A stretch of DNA of 63,944 bases, filler included, from Octopus bimaculoides (lineage: Eukaryota), in assembly GCF_001194135.2 (NCBI RefSeq). It is 7 parts of 6 records of this genome, joined end to end, with 100 filler letters (N's around TTAATTAATTAA, not from the genome) between each part and the next. Parts side by side here need not be neighbours in the genome. Positions count along the whole stretch, not along the records: positions 26,212 to 47,188 come from NW_026438688.1; 6 more parts are not named here. The stretch is one strand, 5' to 3'. This document shows, one piece after another, positions 26,212 to 38,353 of the stretch. The notes under the pieces were generated by a model, which saw only the letters and a list, made by a program, of their open reading frames with translations, was not told the origin of the DNA and searched no databases. The position numbers and the translations under genes are program-made. How positions within the stretch are numbered: position 1 is the stretch's first letter; every line of letters starts with the position of its first letter.

Positions 26212-28242
26212 CATTACATGCATACAGCGAACACACTTGCAAACTGACACGAAAACACGTGCATACACGCATCGGTACTCCGTACTTTTTCCTTTCGTTC
26301 GCTCTTTCCCCCCCCCTCTCTCTTTCCGCTGTCTTTCTCCTTCATTTTATATTTTATCATATCTAATCGCGCGCGCACACAAACACACTTGGAGGCAAAC
26401 ACCAGACAGAAACAGAAATAATACGTATGCACTAACACACTCGCACACATATAGAACCCCCCTCCACACACACACGCACACAAAATTACACAAATTAACA
26501 AACATGGGCATCCTCGTACAGCAAACAACCACACACACACACACACACACATGCATTTAAATAGACACGCGCAGATATTTCATCTTTCTGAAAATCCATT
26601 CATCTCTCTGTCCACCATAAACATTCATCCATCTATCTGCATATCTCATCGATCCATCCACCCGTACAACTGTTCACCTACTCATCCTCTCCTATTTGTT
26701 CACTCAGGAATCAACGAGAGAACCCGCAAAGCAGCTACTTGACCTACAAGAAATAGTTACCATATTTCCCTCAAGTTTCACCCCAACGTCATACACAAAG
26801 AAAACATTGGGTAATGTATTCCTGGGTTTTCTGTCCGCTGGAAAATTATGACGGCCACGGTTGGATTGCCTTTTATCATAGGTTTGCTTCAACAACACTG
26901 ACATCAGACTGATGAACAATAATTTCTATGTAACAATCTACCCACTTGCTATGAATCCCTGAAATTATCGTCATTCAGAAATGATCACCTCCTCGAAGTA
27001 CTAAAACCTTAATCCCTGATTGACTTACAACCTCTTTACCCTGTATTTCTTATTTCGCTCCTGTCTCTCTTAGTTCCTTCTGGCACTATATTTCTGGCTC
27101 CCTGTTTCTCCGTTTTTATTCATCCGACCCCACCAGTTCATTTTTCTGTTTCTGTCTGTCCATCTGACTATCCATGTTTCTTTCTTTTACATAACTCTCT
27201 CTTTCTCTCTCCACTACCCACTTCCCCGTTTCTCCTAACACAAACATCAATTCTCTTTCTCACTTTCTTCAAATCACCCCGAGGTCAGCTTTGCTTTTTA
27301 TCTATCCGGAAGCCATGGAATGAGGTACCTATCAGTCAAACTGGAATCGATTCTTCTAATTCTCTCTCTCTCTCTCTCTCCATAATATTCATACATACAT
27401 ACATACATACATCTCAGCTCGCATACTTCAAATACCGTCCAAAGAATCCAGTGATGGCGAACGAGATGTACGGATGCGATATACGTCTTGGAAGGGGTTT
27501 AATATTTTCTATTCTTTCTCTCTGTGGCTGTATGAGAGAAGAAGAAGGGAGGGAACGGTTTTTTGTGAAACCCTTCAACGTTTTAAAGATGCCAGTATTT
27601 GAGCTACGATCATGTCGGGACACAGCATTCATTTATTTCAATATTTATTTTTACTCGATTATATCGACTTCAGTACTTAGAGCGTTTACACATTTAGAAA
27701 ATATAATTTGACTTTCGCGTCGAGGGAAGTTAGTCGTCTGCAAAAAAATGCTAGCAGGTATTTTCGCTTAATGAAGCGATTCACTGACCATCATTTGTTG
27801 ATAGCACCCCATATGTATGTGTGTAATGTGTACATTTGTATGTATCTATATAAAGCACGAAGAATTGGGTTGGTGTCTTACTACATTGTAAGAACCTGAA
27901 AATGAGATACTTCGTTCTCGTTAAACGTCTTTTTCTTTTTTTTTTATCAGAAAATTTGTTCGATATAAAACTTAAGAGCTGTTGGGGCAAGTCGCAGTAC
28001 ACTGTGTAGATCTGTTCAGTTTCTCCAAAAACTCAGTTGGTCCTTCACAAGCTGTCATCATTATAGTCAAATTTTCTGTTTGAGCAGTTGTTAACAGTTC
28101 ATTACAGGTCTGTCATAACATCTCAGTATTAAGCATTGAAACAGAGAGAGAGACAATCACATGAACTAGATTTTGTTATCGATCTACTTAACATTGACAC
28201 TTCGAAGTCAAAAGTAGAGTCCATGTGTGTATGTTTTATTAT

Positions 28243-28440
28243 TTTTTTCGTTTCAGTCATGTGATTGCGGCCATGCTGAAGCACCACCTTTTAATCAAAC
28301 AAATCGACCCTAAGACATTTTTTAAAACCTGTTACTTATTGTATTGGTTCTTTTGCCGAACCGCTAAGTTATGGGGACATAAACACACCCACACCAGTTG
28401 TCAAGCGGTAATGGGAGACAGACACAAGGACACACACACA
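28243..28440 (-). mobile_element. SINE family A, 3' half (diverged)
   Basis: Reverse complement of the family A tail and body. Confidence 0.8.
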
Positions 28441-28553
28441 CACACACATATATATTGATAGAAAAGGTAAGACAACAAAAGAAAGAAAGAGACCTCGATA
28501 TTACATAAATAGAGGAATTTATCTGTAAATAATATGTGACAATTATTCGGTAG

Positions 28554-28609
28554 CCAAGATAAAACTCTGAGTTTCGGAAACCCACGCTGACATCTCTTCA
28601 GTTATCTGG
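28554..28609 (-). ncRNA. hammerhead-like motif with defective stem II
   Basis: Minus strand: CCAGATAA-CTGAAGA-GATGTCAGCGTGGGTTTCC-GAAAC-TCAGA-GTT-TTATCTTGG. Lacks 12 nt present in the homolog at 29354. Confidence 0.45.
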
Positions 28610-29353
28610 TCATCGAAGAATGCTATGAAAATGACCGTTAAACAAAGGGAAACTCTCGTTAAGCGTTTTTTTTTTCTTTTTTTACCAGAAATTTTGTTCG
28701 ATATAAAACTTAAGAAGAGCTGTTGGAGCAAGTCGTATTACACTGTACATGTGTTAAGTTTCTCCATATCTGGCTAAATATTTGTTACGTTTTTGGTCTC
28801 CTCGGGATTACTGATAGGACTTGCTTTCTATATTGTGTCTATGTACAAGATTTTTATCTCTCTATACTCTTTACTTATATTTCTTATATATTTTTAATAT
28901 TTTTTTTAGAGATATTGTTTTATATATTTTTTACACATAGTTTTTCTATATTCTATCTTCAGACCTGCTTTTTTCCTGTGCGTATATAGACGTGTACATG
29001 AGACCCTTTCTGCACTTTTGTGGATGTATGCGTGTGTGCAGGTAAGTGCGTATATAGACGTGTGTATGAATCTTTTTGAGCGCGTGTGTAAGTGTGCGAG
29101 CGTGCTGCACGCGCGTGTGCATGTGTGTGAGTGAGCGTGTATGCGGGTATATATATGATTTTTTTTGGCGAATGTGTGGGTGAGCATGTGTGTGTTTCAA
29201 GTGAGGATGGATGAGTGTGTATATATATATATATATACGTTACTCCCTCCCCTCACTTAGCGGTCATTCTAATAGCTCTTTTGTCTTAATAACGGTCAAC
29301 TACACAGTAATTTTCCTTTGTTTAACGGTCATTTTCAAAGCATTCTTCGATGG

Positions 29354-29421
29354 CCAGATAACTGAAGAGATGGTGGCGTGGGTTTCCGCCCCGGCATCCG
29401 AAACTTGGAGTTTTATCATGG
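29354..29421 (+). ncRNA. type I hammerhead-like motif
   Basis: CCAGATAA-CTGAAGA-GATG...CATC-C-GAAAC-TTGGA-GTT-TTATCATGG. Stem I is 8 bp with one bulge; there is one extra C before GAAA. Confidence 0.55.
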
Positions 29422-29466
29422 CTACCGAATAATTGTTACATATTATATACAGATATATTACACGTA

Positions 29467-29850
29467 GGAGTGGCTGTGTGGTAAGTAGCTTGCTTACGAA
29501 CCACATGATTCCGGGTTCATTGCCACTGCGTGGCACCTTGGGTAAGTGTCTCTTCTACTATAGCCTCGGGCCGACCAAAGCCTTGTGAGTAGATTTGGTA
29601 GAGGGAAACTGAAATATATGTATGTGTGTGTGCATATGTTTGCGTGTCTGTATTTGTCCCCTCAACATCGCTTGACAACCGATGCTGGTGTGTTTACGTT
29701 CCAGTAACTTAGCGGTTCGGCAAAAGAGACCGATAGAATAAGTACTACGCTTACAAAGAGTAAGTCCTGGGGTCGATTTGCTCGACTGAGGGCGGTGCTC
29801 CAGCATGGCCACAGTCAAATGACTGAAACAAGTAAAAGAGTAAAAGAGTA
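29467..29850 (+). mobile_element. SINE family A, full length
   Basis: tRNA-like head GGAGTGGCTGTGTGGTAAG...GGGTTCA, internal AT/GT tract, (GTAAAAGA)n tail. Confidence 0.92.
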
Positions 29851-30444
29851 TGNNNNNNNNNNNNNNNNNNNNNNNNNNNNNNNNNNNNNNNNNNNNNNNN
29901 NNNNNNNNNNNNNNNNNNNNNNNNNNNNNNNNNNNNNNNNNNNNNNNNNNNNNNNNNNNNNNNNNNNNNNNNNNNNNNNNNNNNNNNNNNNNNNNNNNNN
30001 NNNNNNNNNNNNNNNNNNNNNNNNNNNNNNNNNNNNNNNNNNNNNNNNNNNNNNNNNNNNNNNNNNNNNNNNNNNNNNNNNNNNNNNNNNNNNNNNNNNN
30101 NNNNNNNNNNNNNNNNNNNNNNNNNNNNNNNNNNNNNNNNNNNNNNNNNNNNNNNNNNNNNNNNNNNNNNNNNNNNNNNNNNNNNNNNNNNNNNNNNNNN
30201 NNNNNNNNNNNNNNNNNNNNNNNNNNNNNNNNNNNNNNNNNNNNNNNNNNNNNNNNNNNNNNNNNNNNNNNNNNNNNNNNNNNNNNNNNNNNNNNNNNNN
30301 NNNNNNNNNNNNNNNNNNNNNNNNNNNNNNNNNNNNNNNNNNNNNNNNNNNNNNNNNNNNNNNNNNNNNNNNNNNNNNNNNNNNNNNNNNNNNNNNNNNN
30401 NNNNNNNNNNNNNNNNNNNNNNNNNNNNNNNNNNNNNNNNNNNN

Positions 30445-30860
30445 ACAGTACGATGACTTCTGTCCATAATTATATATCCATGAAAGAGATTTGAATTTAT
30501 CCGGTTGCATCTCAGTAACATGTGCTTATACAGAATAATATTCAGCACTGAATATATTCTAATTATTTATAATATAATATAGGATAAATTCTTTATAAGA
30601 ATTTATCAAGAATTTATGAAAAAATGATGAATTTTTTTCATTACGAAATTTTTTTCATTATTTTTTTCATTATGAGGTTTTTTCACGCTGACTACTTGAT
30701 AAATTCTTATAAAGAATTTATCCTATATTATATTATAAATAATTAGAATATATTCAGTGCTGAATATTATTCTGTATAAGCACATGTTACTGAGATGCAA
30801 CCGGATAAATTCAAATCTCTTTCATGGATATATAATTATGGACAGAAGTCATCGTACTGT
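30445..30860. repeat. perfect 166-bp inverted repeat with 84-bp spacer
   Basis: 30445-30610 is the exact reverse complement of 30695-30860 (checked block by block). The left arm abuts an N gap. Confidence 0.95.
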
Positions 30861-30907
30861 GGTGGCTACATCGTGGTATGTTGATTCTTGTTTATTTTTT
30901 ATATATC

Positions 30908-30990
30908 TTGACCATACGTGTCACTGGTATTTATTTTATCGACCCCGAAAGGATGAAAAGTAAATCTGAACTCAGATCGTAAAGACGGAC

Positions 30991-31031
<41 letters not shown>

Positions 31032-31050
31032 GTAATAATAGTAATAATAA
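30908..31050 (-). mobile_element. SINE family C fragment plus (AAT)n tract
   Basis: CGACCCCGAAAGGATGAAAAG...GAACTCAG block, followed by AAT repeats at 30992-31050. Confidence 0.7.
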
Positions 31051-31302
31051 TTGTGTCTGCGCCTTTTATTAGCAAGATGATAAAATAATGCACACAAACA
31101 CACACAACATAGATTGGTTTCTACCATTATTGGTTCAGGCCGTGACTAACTGAAGAACGCCACCTGGAGAGGTATTTTATTTCATGTTTCTCCACGCCAT
31201 AGTACACATGAGCAAAGGGTGTAACTTGCAACCGTTTGCAACCACTCTACTAATTCTGCCACTTCCTCTTTAATTTACATACTTGATTAGGTTACGTGTG
31301 TG

Positions 31303-31518
31303 AAGGCATTGAGCTAGCAGAATCGATACCACGCCGGGCTGTTTAGCAGCATTTCGTCCGTGTCTATGTTCTGAGTTCAAATTCCGCCGGAGTTCACTTT
31401 GCTTTTTATCCTCGAGGAGGCGATATATTGAGTACCAGTGAAAAACTGGGGTCGATGCAATCGACTTCCTCCCCCTTCCCTAAAATTCAGGCCATGTGTC
31501 TTTAGTAGAAAGAATTAT
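31303..31518 (+). mobile_element. SINE family C, near full length (diverged)
   Basis: GAGCTAGCAGAATCG...GAGTTCAAATTCCGCCGG...CTGGGGTCGAT...TAGTAGAAAGAATT. Confidence 0.8.
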
Positions 31519-34090
31519 GCTATGTGTATGTGCGCGCGGGCACGCACAAACACACACACATGATGCCTTCGCAGTTTCAGTTTCGTCTACTGAATGTCAC
31601 TCTTATGACATTGGTTAACTCGAGGCTACGTTATGTGAAAGATACTTGCCCAACGCACAACTCTATAGTCTCGAAACCGAAACAACATTGTTTCTCGGCT
31701 CCCTACTTGACGACCCAGTTCTCCTTGTCTCTTTCTTTCTTGGTGGAAGTGGTTGTCTGTGTTTGTGTCATGTATTTATAGACATCCTTTTCCCTTTCTC
31801 GCAAATTTTTATCTTTTATTTCCTGCCTCTAATTTGTAATTACGTCTTAATTTTTTGCTCCTGCGTAAATACATCTTGCCTTTTTTTTTTTTTTTTTTTT
31901 TGGTATGGCTTTTAGTACTGTATTTGGTTCTCTCTGTCTTTCTCTGTTGTATACCCCTTCCACTTCTCTCGCCCTCTATCGTCTCATTGCTCATTCATTT
32001 TATGAGGAGTTTTTTTTTCATCATTGCTGTTTTTTTTCATTCATTACTTTAATTTTTTCTCTTTGTGTTTCCATATGTATTCATTCTCTCCCTCTCTATC
32101 TTATGTGTATGAGACAGTACATTCCCTCTCTCTCTCTTCTCAATGTAACTCCACCTCTCTCACCCGGGCTCTCTATTTTATAATTTTTATCATCAGCTTC
32201 TGTTTTAGTCTATCCCTTTCTTTCTCCTCCCCTCGTCGTCTTTTCTTCTTGTCACCCTCCTACTTCCCTTTAAATCGTTCTTTCATTTTCCGTCACTTTG
32301 ACTTTTCATTAACCAGGCAAACACGCACCCCACATCTCTCTCTCTCTTCCTTACCCTCACCACTTTCTGCCTTTTACACACTTTCTGTTACAGCTTCCTT
32401 ATTTCCTTGCCGATTTCTTTCTTACTCCCGTTCTTCAGCCTCCACTAATGCATTACATCTTTTACACTATCAGTCAAACCCAAAACCTCACTCACCGTTT
32501 CTTGTTATTTCATCAATCTTGTAGTGTGTTTTTTAAAAGTTCAGCTTTTAACATTAAACGCATATGGAGAGGGCGGTGAGGTGGGAGGCGTGAGAAATTC
32601 GAAAGCGAAGGTGGGAAGGAAGAGGAAAGAGAAGGAACCATGTGGTGAGGAGAAGGAAGGAAGTATTATATGGGAAGAGCATGGGAGGCGTGAGACTTCT
32701 TGCAAACTGAATAAAAAATTACTTACAACAAAGGAAACAAGTAAGAAGTCTATAACGAGTGTGTGTACCTATTGTAAGCTTACACAAATAAACTGAAACA
32801 AATACAAACAAGATTGTTTATATATATATATATATAAACAATATATGAGTATATGCATATATATGTACATGTATGTATATACGTTCATCTACATGTACAT
32901 ATAGATACATAACTGGGTACATGACGTGGCAAAAGAACAAGGACAAAATGGTAAACAAGGTGCAACAAACAAGCAGGCCACATAGAAACATCCCCTTCCT
33001 CAGCTGCCACCATTAAAACTCCGGCGTTTCGAAGAATTAAGGCAGTACACATCGTTAAAATGGTTCTTCCCACGAGAGGAGGGTATTGGATTTAACCAAA
33101 TCCAAGAGGATACAGGTAATACCGAGTAAGTGNNNNNNNNNNNNNNNNNNNNNNNNNNNNNNNNNNNNNNNNNNNNNNNNNNNNNNNNNNNNNNNNNNNN
33201 NNNNNNNNNNNNNNNNNNNNNNNNNNNNNNNNNNNNNNNNNNNNNNNNNNNNNNNNNNNNNNNNNNNNNNNNNNNNNNNNNNNNNNNNNNNNNNNNNNNN
33301 NNNNNNNNNNNNNNNNNNNNNNNNNNNNNNNNNNNNNNNNNNNNNNNNNNNNNNNNNNNNNNNNNNNNNNNNNNNNNNNNNNNNNNNNNNNNNNNNNNNN
33401 NNNNNNNNNNNNNNNNNNNNNNNNNNNNNNNNNNNNNNNNNNNNNNNNNNNNNNNNNNNNNNNNNNNNNNNNNNNNNNNNNNNNNNNNNNNNNNNNNNNN
33501 NNNNNNNNNNNNNNNNNNNNNNNNNNNNNNNNNNNNNNNNNNNNNNNNNNNNNNNNNNNNNNNNNNNNNNNNNNNNNNNNNNNNNNNNNNNNNNNNNNNN
33601 NNNNNNNNNNNNNNNNNNNNNNNNNNNNNNNNNNNNNNNNNNNNNNNNNNNNNNNNNNNNNNNNNNNNNNNNNNNNNNNNNNNNNNNNNNNNNNNNNNNN
33701 NNNNNNNNNNNNNNNNNNNNNNNNNNNNNNNNNNNNNNNNNNNNNNNNNNNNNNNNNNNNNNNNNNNNNNNNNNNNNNNNNNNNNNNNNNNNNNNNNNNN
33801 NNNNNNNNNNNNNNNNNNNNNNNNNNNNNNNNNNNNNNNNNNNNNNNNNNNNNNNNNNNNNNNNNNNNNNNNNNNNNNNNNNNNNNNNNNNNNNNNNNNN
33901 NNNNNNNNNNNNNNNNNNNNNNNNNNNNNNNNNNNNNNNNNNNNNNNNNNNNNNNNNNNNNNNNNNNNNNNNNNNNNNNNNNNNNNNNNNNNNNNNNNNN
34001 NNNNNNNNNNNNNNNNNNNNNNNNNNNNNNNNNNNNNNNNNNNNNNNNNNNNNNNNNNNNNNNNNNNNNNNNNNNNNNNNNNNNNNNNNN

Positions 34091-34120
<30 letters not shown>

Positions 34121-34122
<2 letters not shown>

Positions 34123-34272
34123 GACGAGCTTCTTTCAGTTTCCGTCTACCAAATTCACTAACAAGGCTTAGGTCGACCCGAGGCTATAGTAGAAGACACT
34201 TGTCCAAGGTGCCACGCAGTGGGAATGAACCCGAACCATGTGGTTGGTAAGTAAGCTACTTACCACACAGCC
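34121..34272 (-). mobile_element. SINE family A, 5' half
   Basis: Reverse complement of the tRNA-like head. Confidence 0.88.
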
Positions 34273-34875
34273 GGGATGTATTAAATAGTAATCCCTGCCT
34301 AGTTAGTCTGACTTTATACTATTTGGTGATTACACTATTCTTTCTTTCTCTGAATTTCTACCCTATCAGTCATATTAAGTATATTTGTAATGATTCTGAG
34401 ATAGCAAGTCTCCCTTGAATAAATCTTATACCCGCTAAGAACTATACAATCATACATACAATAGCACCTGTAATATTATAACTTATAAAACCACTTCGGT
34501 ATGAATACCTTAAACTTTCTTCATTATTTCTATACCTATTACCCTTTTTTAGGTTAACTTTATCTTTTCCTGCTTTTAATTTTAGTCCCTTATCTTTATA
34601 TATATATTTTTATTATTTTCTATAAATTCTAATTATTTTGATTTCTTATTTTGGTATGTTTGCCTTATTTATCTCTTATCTTTTATGTTTTACCTTTATA
34701 TTGTTAAATGTTGTATGGTATTGAATTTTTTATTGCGCATTCCTATTAACCTTCGTATATACTGGTATAGCAGTTTATGAATCGTGGAACGTGCTGCATC
34801 TCCTCTCCGCTCGCATGCTGCTTAAGATGTGGCTCAATATGTTTCTTGAACTGATACTTTATATATATATATATA

Positions 34876-35303
34876 CTTTTACTTAGGTTTTTACTTGTTT
34901 CAGTCATTTGACTGCGGCCAAGCTGGAGCACCACATTTTAGTCGAGCAAATCAACCCCAAGACTTATTCTTTGGAAGCCGGGTACTTATTCTCTCGGTCT
35001 CTTTTGCCAAACCGCTAAATTACGGGGACGTAAACACACCACCATCGGTTGTCAAGTGATGGGGGGGGGACACATACAGACACACAAACATATACACATA
35101 TATATATGTCTATATATACACATATATATATATATATATATATATACGATGGGCTTCTTTCAGTTTCCGTCTACAAAATCTACTCACAATGCTTTGGTCA
35201 GCCCGAGGCTATAGCAGAAGACACTTGCCCAAGGTGCCACGCTGTGGGACAGAACCCGGAACCAGATGGTTCGTATGCAATCTACTTACCACAAAGCCAC
35301 TCC
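34876..35303 (-). mobile_element. SINE family A, full length
   Basis: Head, internal microsatellite and tail, all in reverse complement. Confidence 0.9.
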
Positions 35304-35371
35304 TACGCCTATATATGCACACACATGTATAAATACACCCATTCATGTGTGTGTGTGTGTGTGTGTGTGTA

Positions 35372-35537
35372 TTCTTTTACTTTAGTTATTTGACTGCAGT
35401 CATGCTGGAGCACCACCTTAAAGGTGTTTTAAGTCGACGAAATCTACCCCAGGACTTATTCTTTGTAAGCTTAGTACTTATTCTAGCTTTATTTTTTGCA
35501 GAACAGTTAAGTTACAGGGAGGTAAACAAACCAACAT
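35372..35537 (-). mobile_element. SINE family A, 3' part (diverged)
   Basis: Tandem to the previous copy. Confidence 0.75.
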
Positions 35538-38239
35538 AAGTTTGTGTATTTATAGGTAGATATTTGGTCCGACTCTTTCACATTTCGTACAAATTTCCTA
35601 TTATTCTTTAGGAATCGAAATACTATCGTAGGAGGTTGTGGGATGGGTTCCTGTTGATGCCTAGTTCACCCATTATTAGAGTTTTTCAATCACTGGAATG
35701 GCTTGACTTCTTCCTTCCGTGGTGGAATACCCTCCACCTCATCCTGTATAAGAAAGTACTAGCACCCTGTAGAATTCAGTTTAAGACATGGTCGGTTGTT
35801 AGACACCGGTACAGCTTCTGCATTCAGATGCAATAAATGTTTATTATTAGGATTCCTCAATCGGTTGGTGAGCAACCGTTCAGAATAGATAAGTAGTGTA
35901 ACGCACAACACGCAACCAACTGTTCGTGTTCAGTGGTACGTCCTATACTCCGATCTTATATCTATTACGGTTAAAAAAAGGAGCATCAAACCACTGGATA
36001 GACAAGCGTATGAGATACGAACCATGTAAGAGTATTAATGAAATACAGAAAAAATCTTATTCTATGCTAATATACATATAATTTTATATAGAATAAAAAG
36101 TTTTCAATGGTACAACAAAGCACTATAATACAAAAAATGGACTATATACCTGTTGTAATTTAGTTATCTATAGTCCGATGATATTTCAGAATACAATTCC
36201 CTCTTCAGATATTCTTAGATGGAGTCTCTGCTATAAACTATATAATTTTATGATTTACTACAATATATTCGGGACCTATCTTCGAGCAAAGATTTAACCA
36301 ACACTCTGAATGATTGTGGTTCAGTGGATATCTTGTAAACTTAGCTGAATTGAAGAACATTCTAGGCACATTATAATATAATGAAATATACAATTTTCAT
36401 ACAAAATGTGTTGTAGGAGATGACCTACAGCCGTTGAAGGGAGCCCAAGCATAACCAAAACTATCCATAGAGTCGTTCTGTAACACCAAATCTATATAAT
36501 TTTTTTTTAATCTGAATTTTTAGAGCTTACTTTGTCTCATTAAAGTATGTGAATTCACCATCACGTGTGTATACACAAACTGCATAAATTCAAATCTTTC
36601 AATTTTTCGGATGACGATGCTCCTGATTATACGCGCATGCGTGCAGTGGGTTTACAGAAACATTTTATGATCCAATGTGAAGAACAAAATCTATAAATGT
36701 ATCATGTTTTCTTGAAATAACACCCTTTTGAATCTATATTACATTAAATTATATCCATATACATACAGTTTAAAATGTGTGTTTTATATATAAGAGAACA
36801 ATCTACAACTGAATAAATAATACAAGCGTCTCTCGTCAATTTCCTATTTCGGCTTTGACTCGGTCAGTCACGCTTCTCTTTGTTCCTCCACTATATTTAC
36901 ACGGTTTGTTTACGCCAGTTTTCGTTCTTACTGCCTATCTGTCCCTTTCTCATTTCCAGTCCTACAGCACAGTTTCCTTTGCGTTACTCCATATTTGTCC
37001 GACTTGCAGCAACAAGGCTGGTTTTCGTTGTATATGTGTAATCATTTTACTTTGTAATGTGTGTCCTGCACGTTCGTTAGCTACCACTTCCGGTGGTATG
37101 TCGACGCTAACATCACCAAAAGTGAACAATATCATCGTTAAAGACGTGAAGTCATTATGATCTTTTGGACATTAACTGATGAGGAATTAGCTACAGATAT
37201 CCTGTTTATTGTAGTTCTGTTAAACTTTTGATACATATTATATACCCCCTACTCCCCAAACACACCTACACACCGCATCCCCACCCTACACCAACTCCAC
37301 ACTCATTAGCACTGACCACGGTCCAGCACCCACACCACACACCATCATCTGCACACCCACACACCCTCATCCGCAGACCCTTACACCATCATCCACACAC
37401 TACAGACACACACACACACACGTCAAAATCATTAGCCCCTATCCATACACACACACTTACACACACGCGCACCCTCTTGATGAACGGGTGCAACCCATTT
37501 TTAGCTTCGTTATCGATTGGTATATAAGGTGAATAGTTAATGCGGTGGCTTGCTGGGAAATTATGTTACATTATTGGATTGCAGACCTCACTACATGAAA
37601 TCCAAGTGTCATTTCGGTCCAGAGAATGCTTTCTCTTCTTTCCTAAGTTTTGCTTCAATTCATGTTTTCTTCTTTGCTTTTCATTGATGAAGAACCAATG
37701 TCCGAATCGTTAAATACTTTTCATTGTGTTTTCTTTCATGCCAGAGTTTAACTAATATCATAAACGTTGCAGTATCGTTGTTTGCTTAGTGATTTGTACT
37801 CCCTGCTTCTCCTTCCTTTATATAAGTCGTTGAAAGTACCTCAGGAAACAAATGCACGCGCGCACGTGTATAGTGTTTGGCCATAGCTGCAAATATTTCC
37901 TCTCCACGCCACCGATGTAGCTTGCGCCCCTGACATCTGTTGTATTGCCTTCACAACACGAAAAGTCGGAATCAATACTGCAAGACATCTGCTCAACAGT
38001 CTAGTAGTTTTGCTAATCTAATTTTTGTTATTTGGATAAAAGCATAAAGAGGGAAGTTGACTTCGCTGGGATTTGAAGCGAGAATGCAGATAACCGGAAC
38101 AAATACTGAAGGTCTGTATGCCACGCTCTACGTTGATATTTTTATTGTTGATAATTTGTATCATGCGACTATATCAATCAGTCTATCTATCTATCTATCT
38201 ATCTATCTATACAAACGCGTACATAAATACACAAACACA

Positions 38240-38266
38240 TACGCACATATATACTTAGAGTGATAG

Positions 38267-38348
<82 letters not shown>
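38240..38348. repeat. (ATAG)n/(AG)n microsatellite
   Basis: Compound purine-rich tract. Confidence 0.95.

Positions 38349-38353
<5 letters not shown>

Noticed and set aside
29467-29850. Recurring near-identical ~200-400 bp blocks as a possible CRISPR or satellite array
   Set aside because: They are dispersed, in both orientations, with no regular repeat-spacer period and in a eukaryotic context.
32990-33050. GAAAC-GCCGGA-GTT ... CTGAGGA on the minus strand as a type II hammerhead
   Set aside because: Stem I cannot form; at most half-motifs of a degraded repeat.
36160-36215. CTGAAGA...GAAAT-ATC on the minus strand as a hammerhead
   Set aside because: Stem I has only 2 bp; compatible with chance in AT-rich DNA.
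36860-37130. Minus-strand frame faintly resembling a MADF/Myb domain (DWK*ERDR*)
   Set aside because: Multiple stops and only weak motif similarity.
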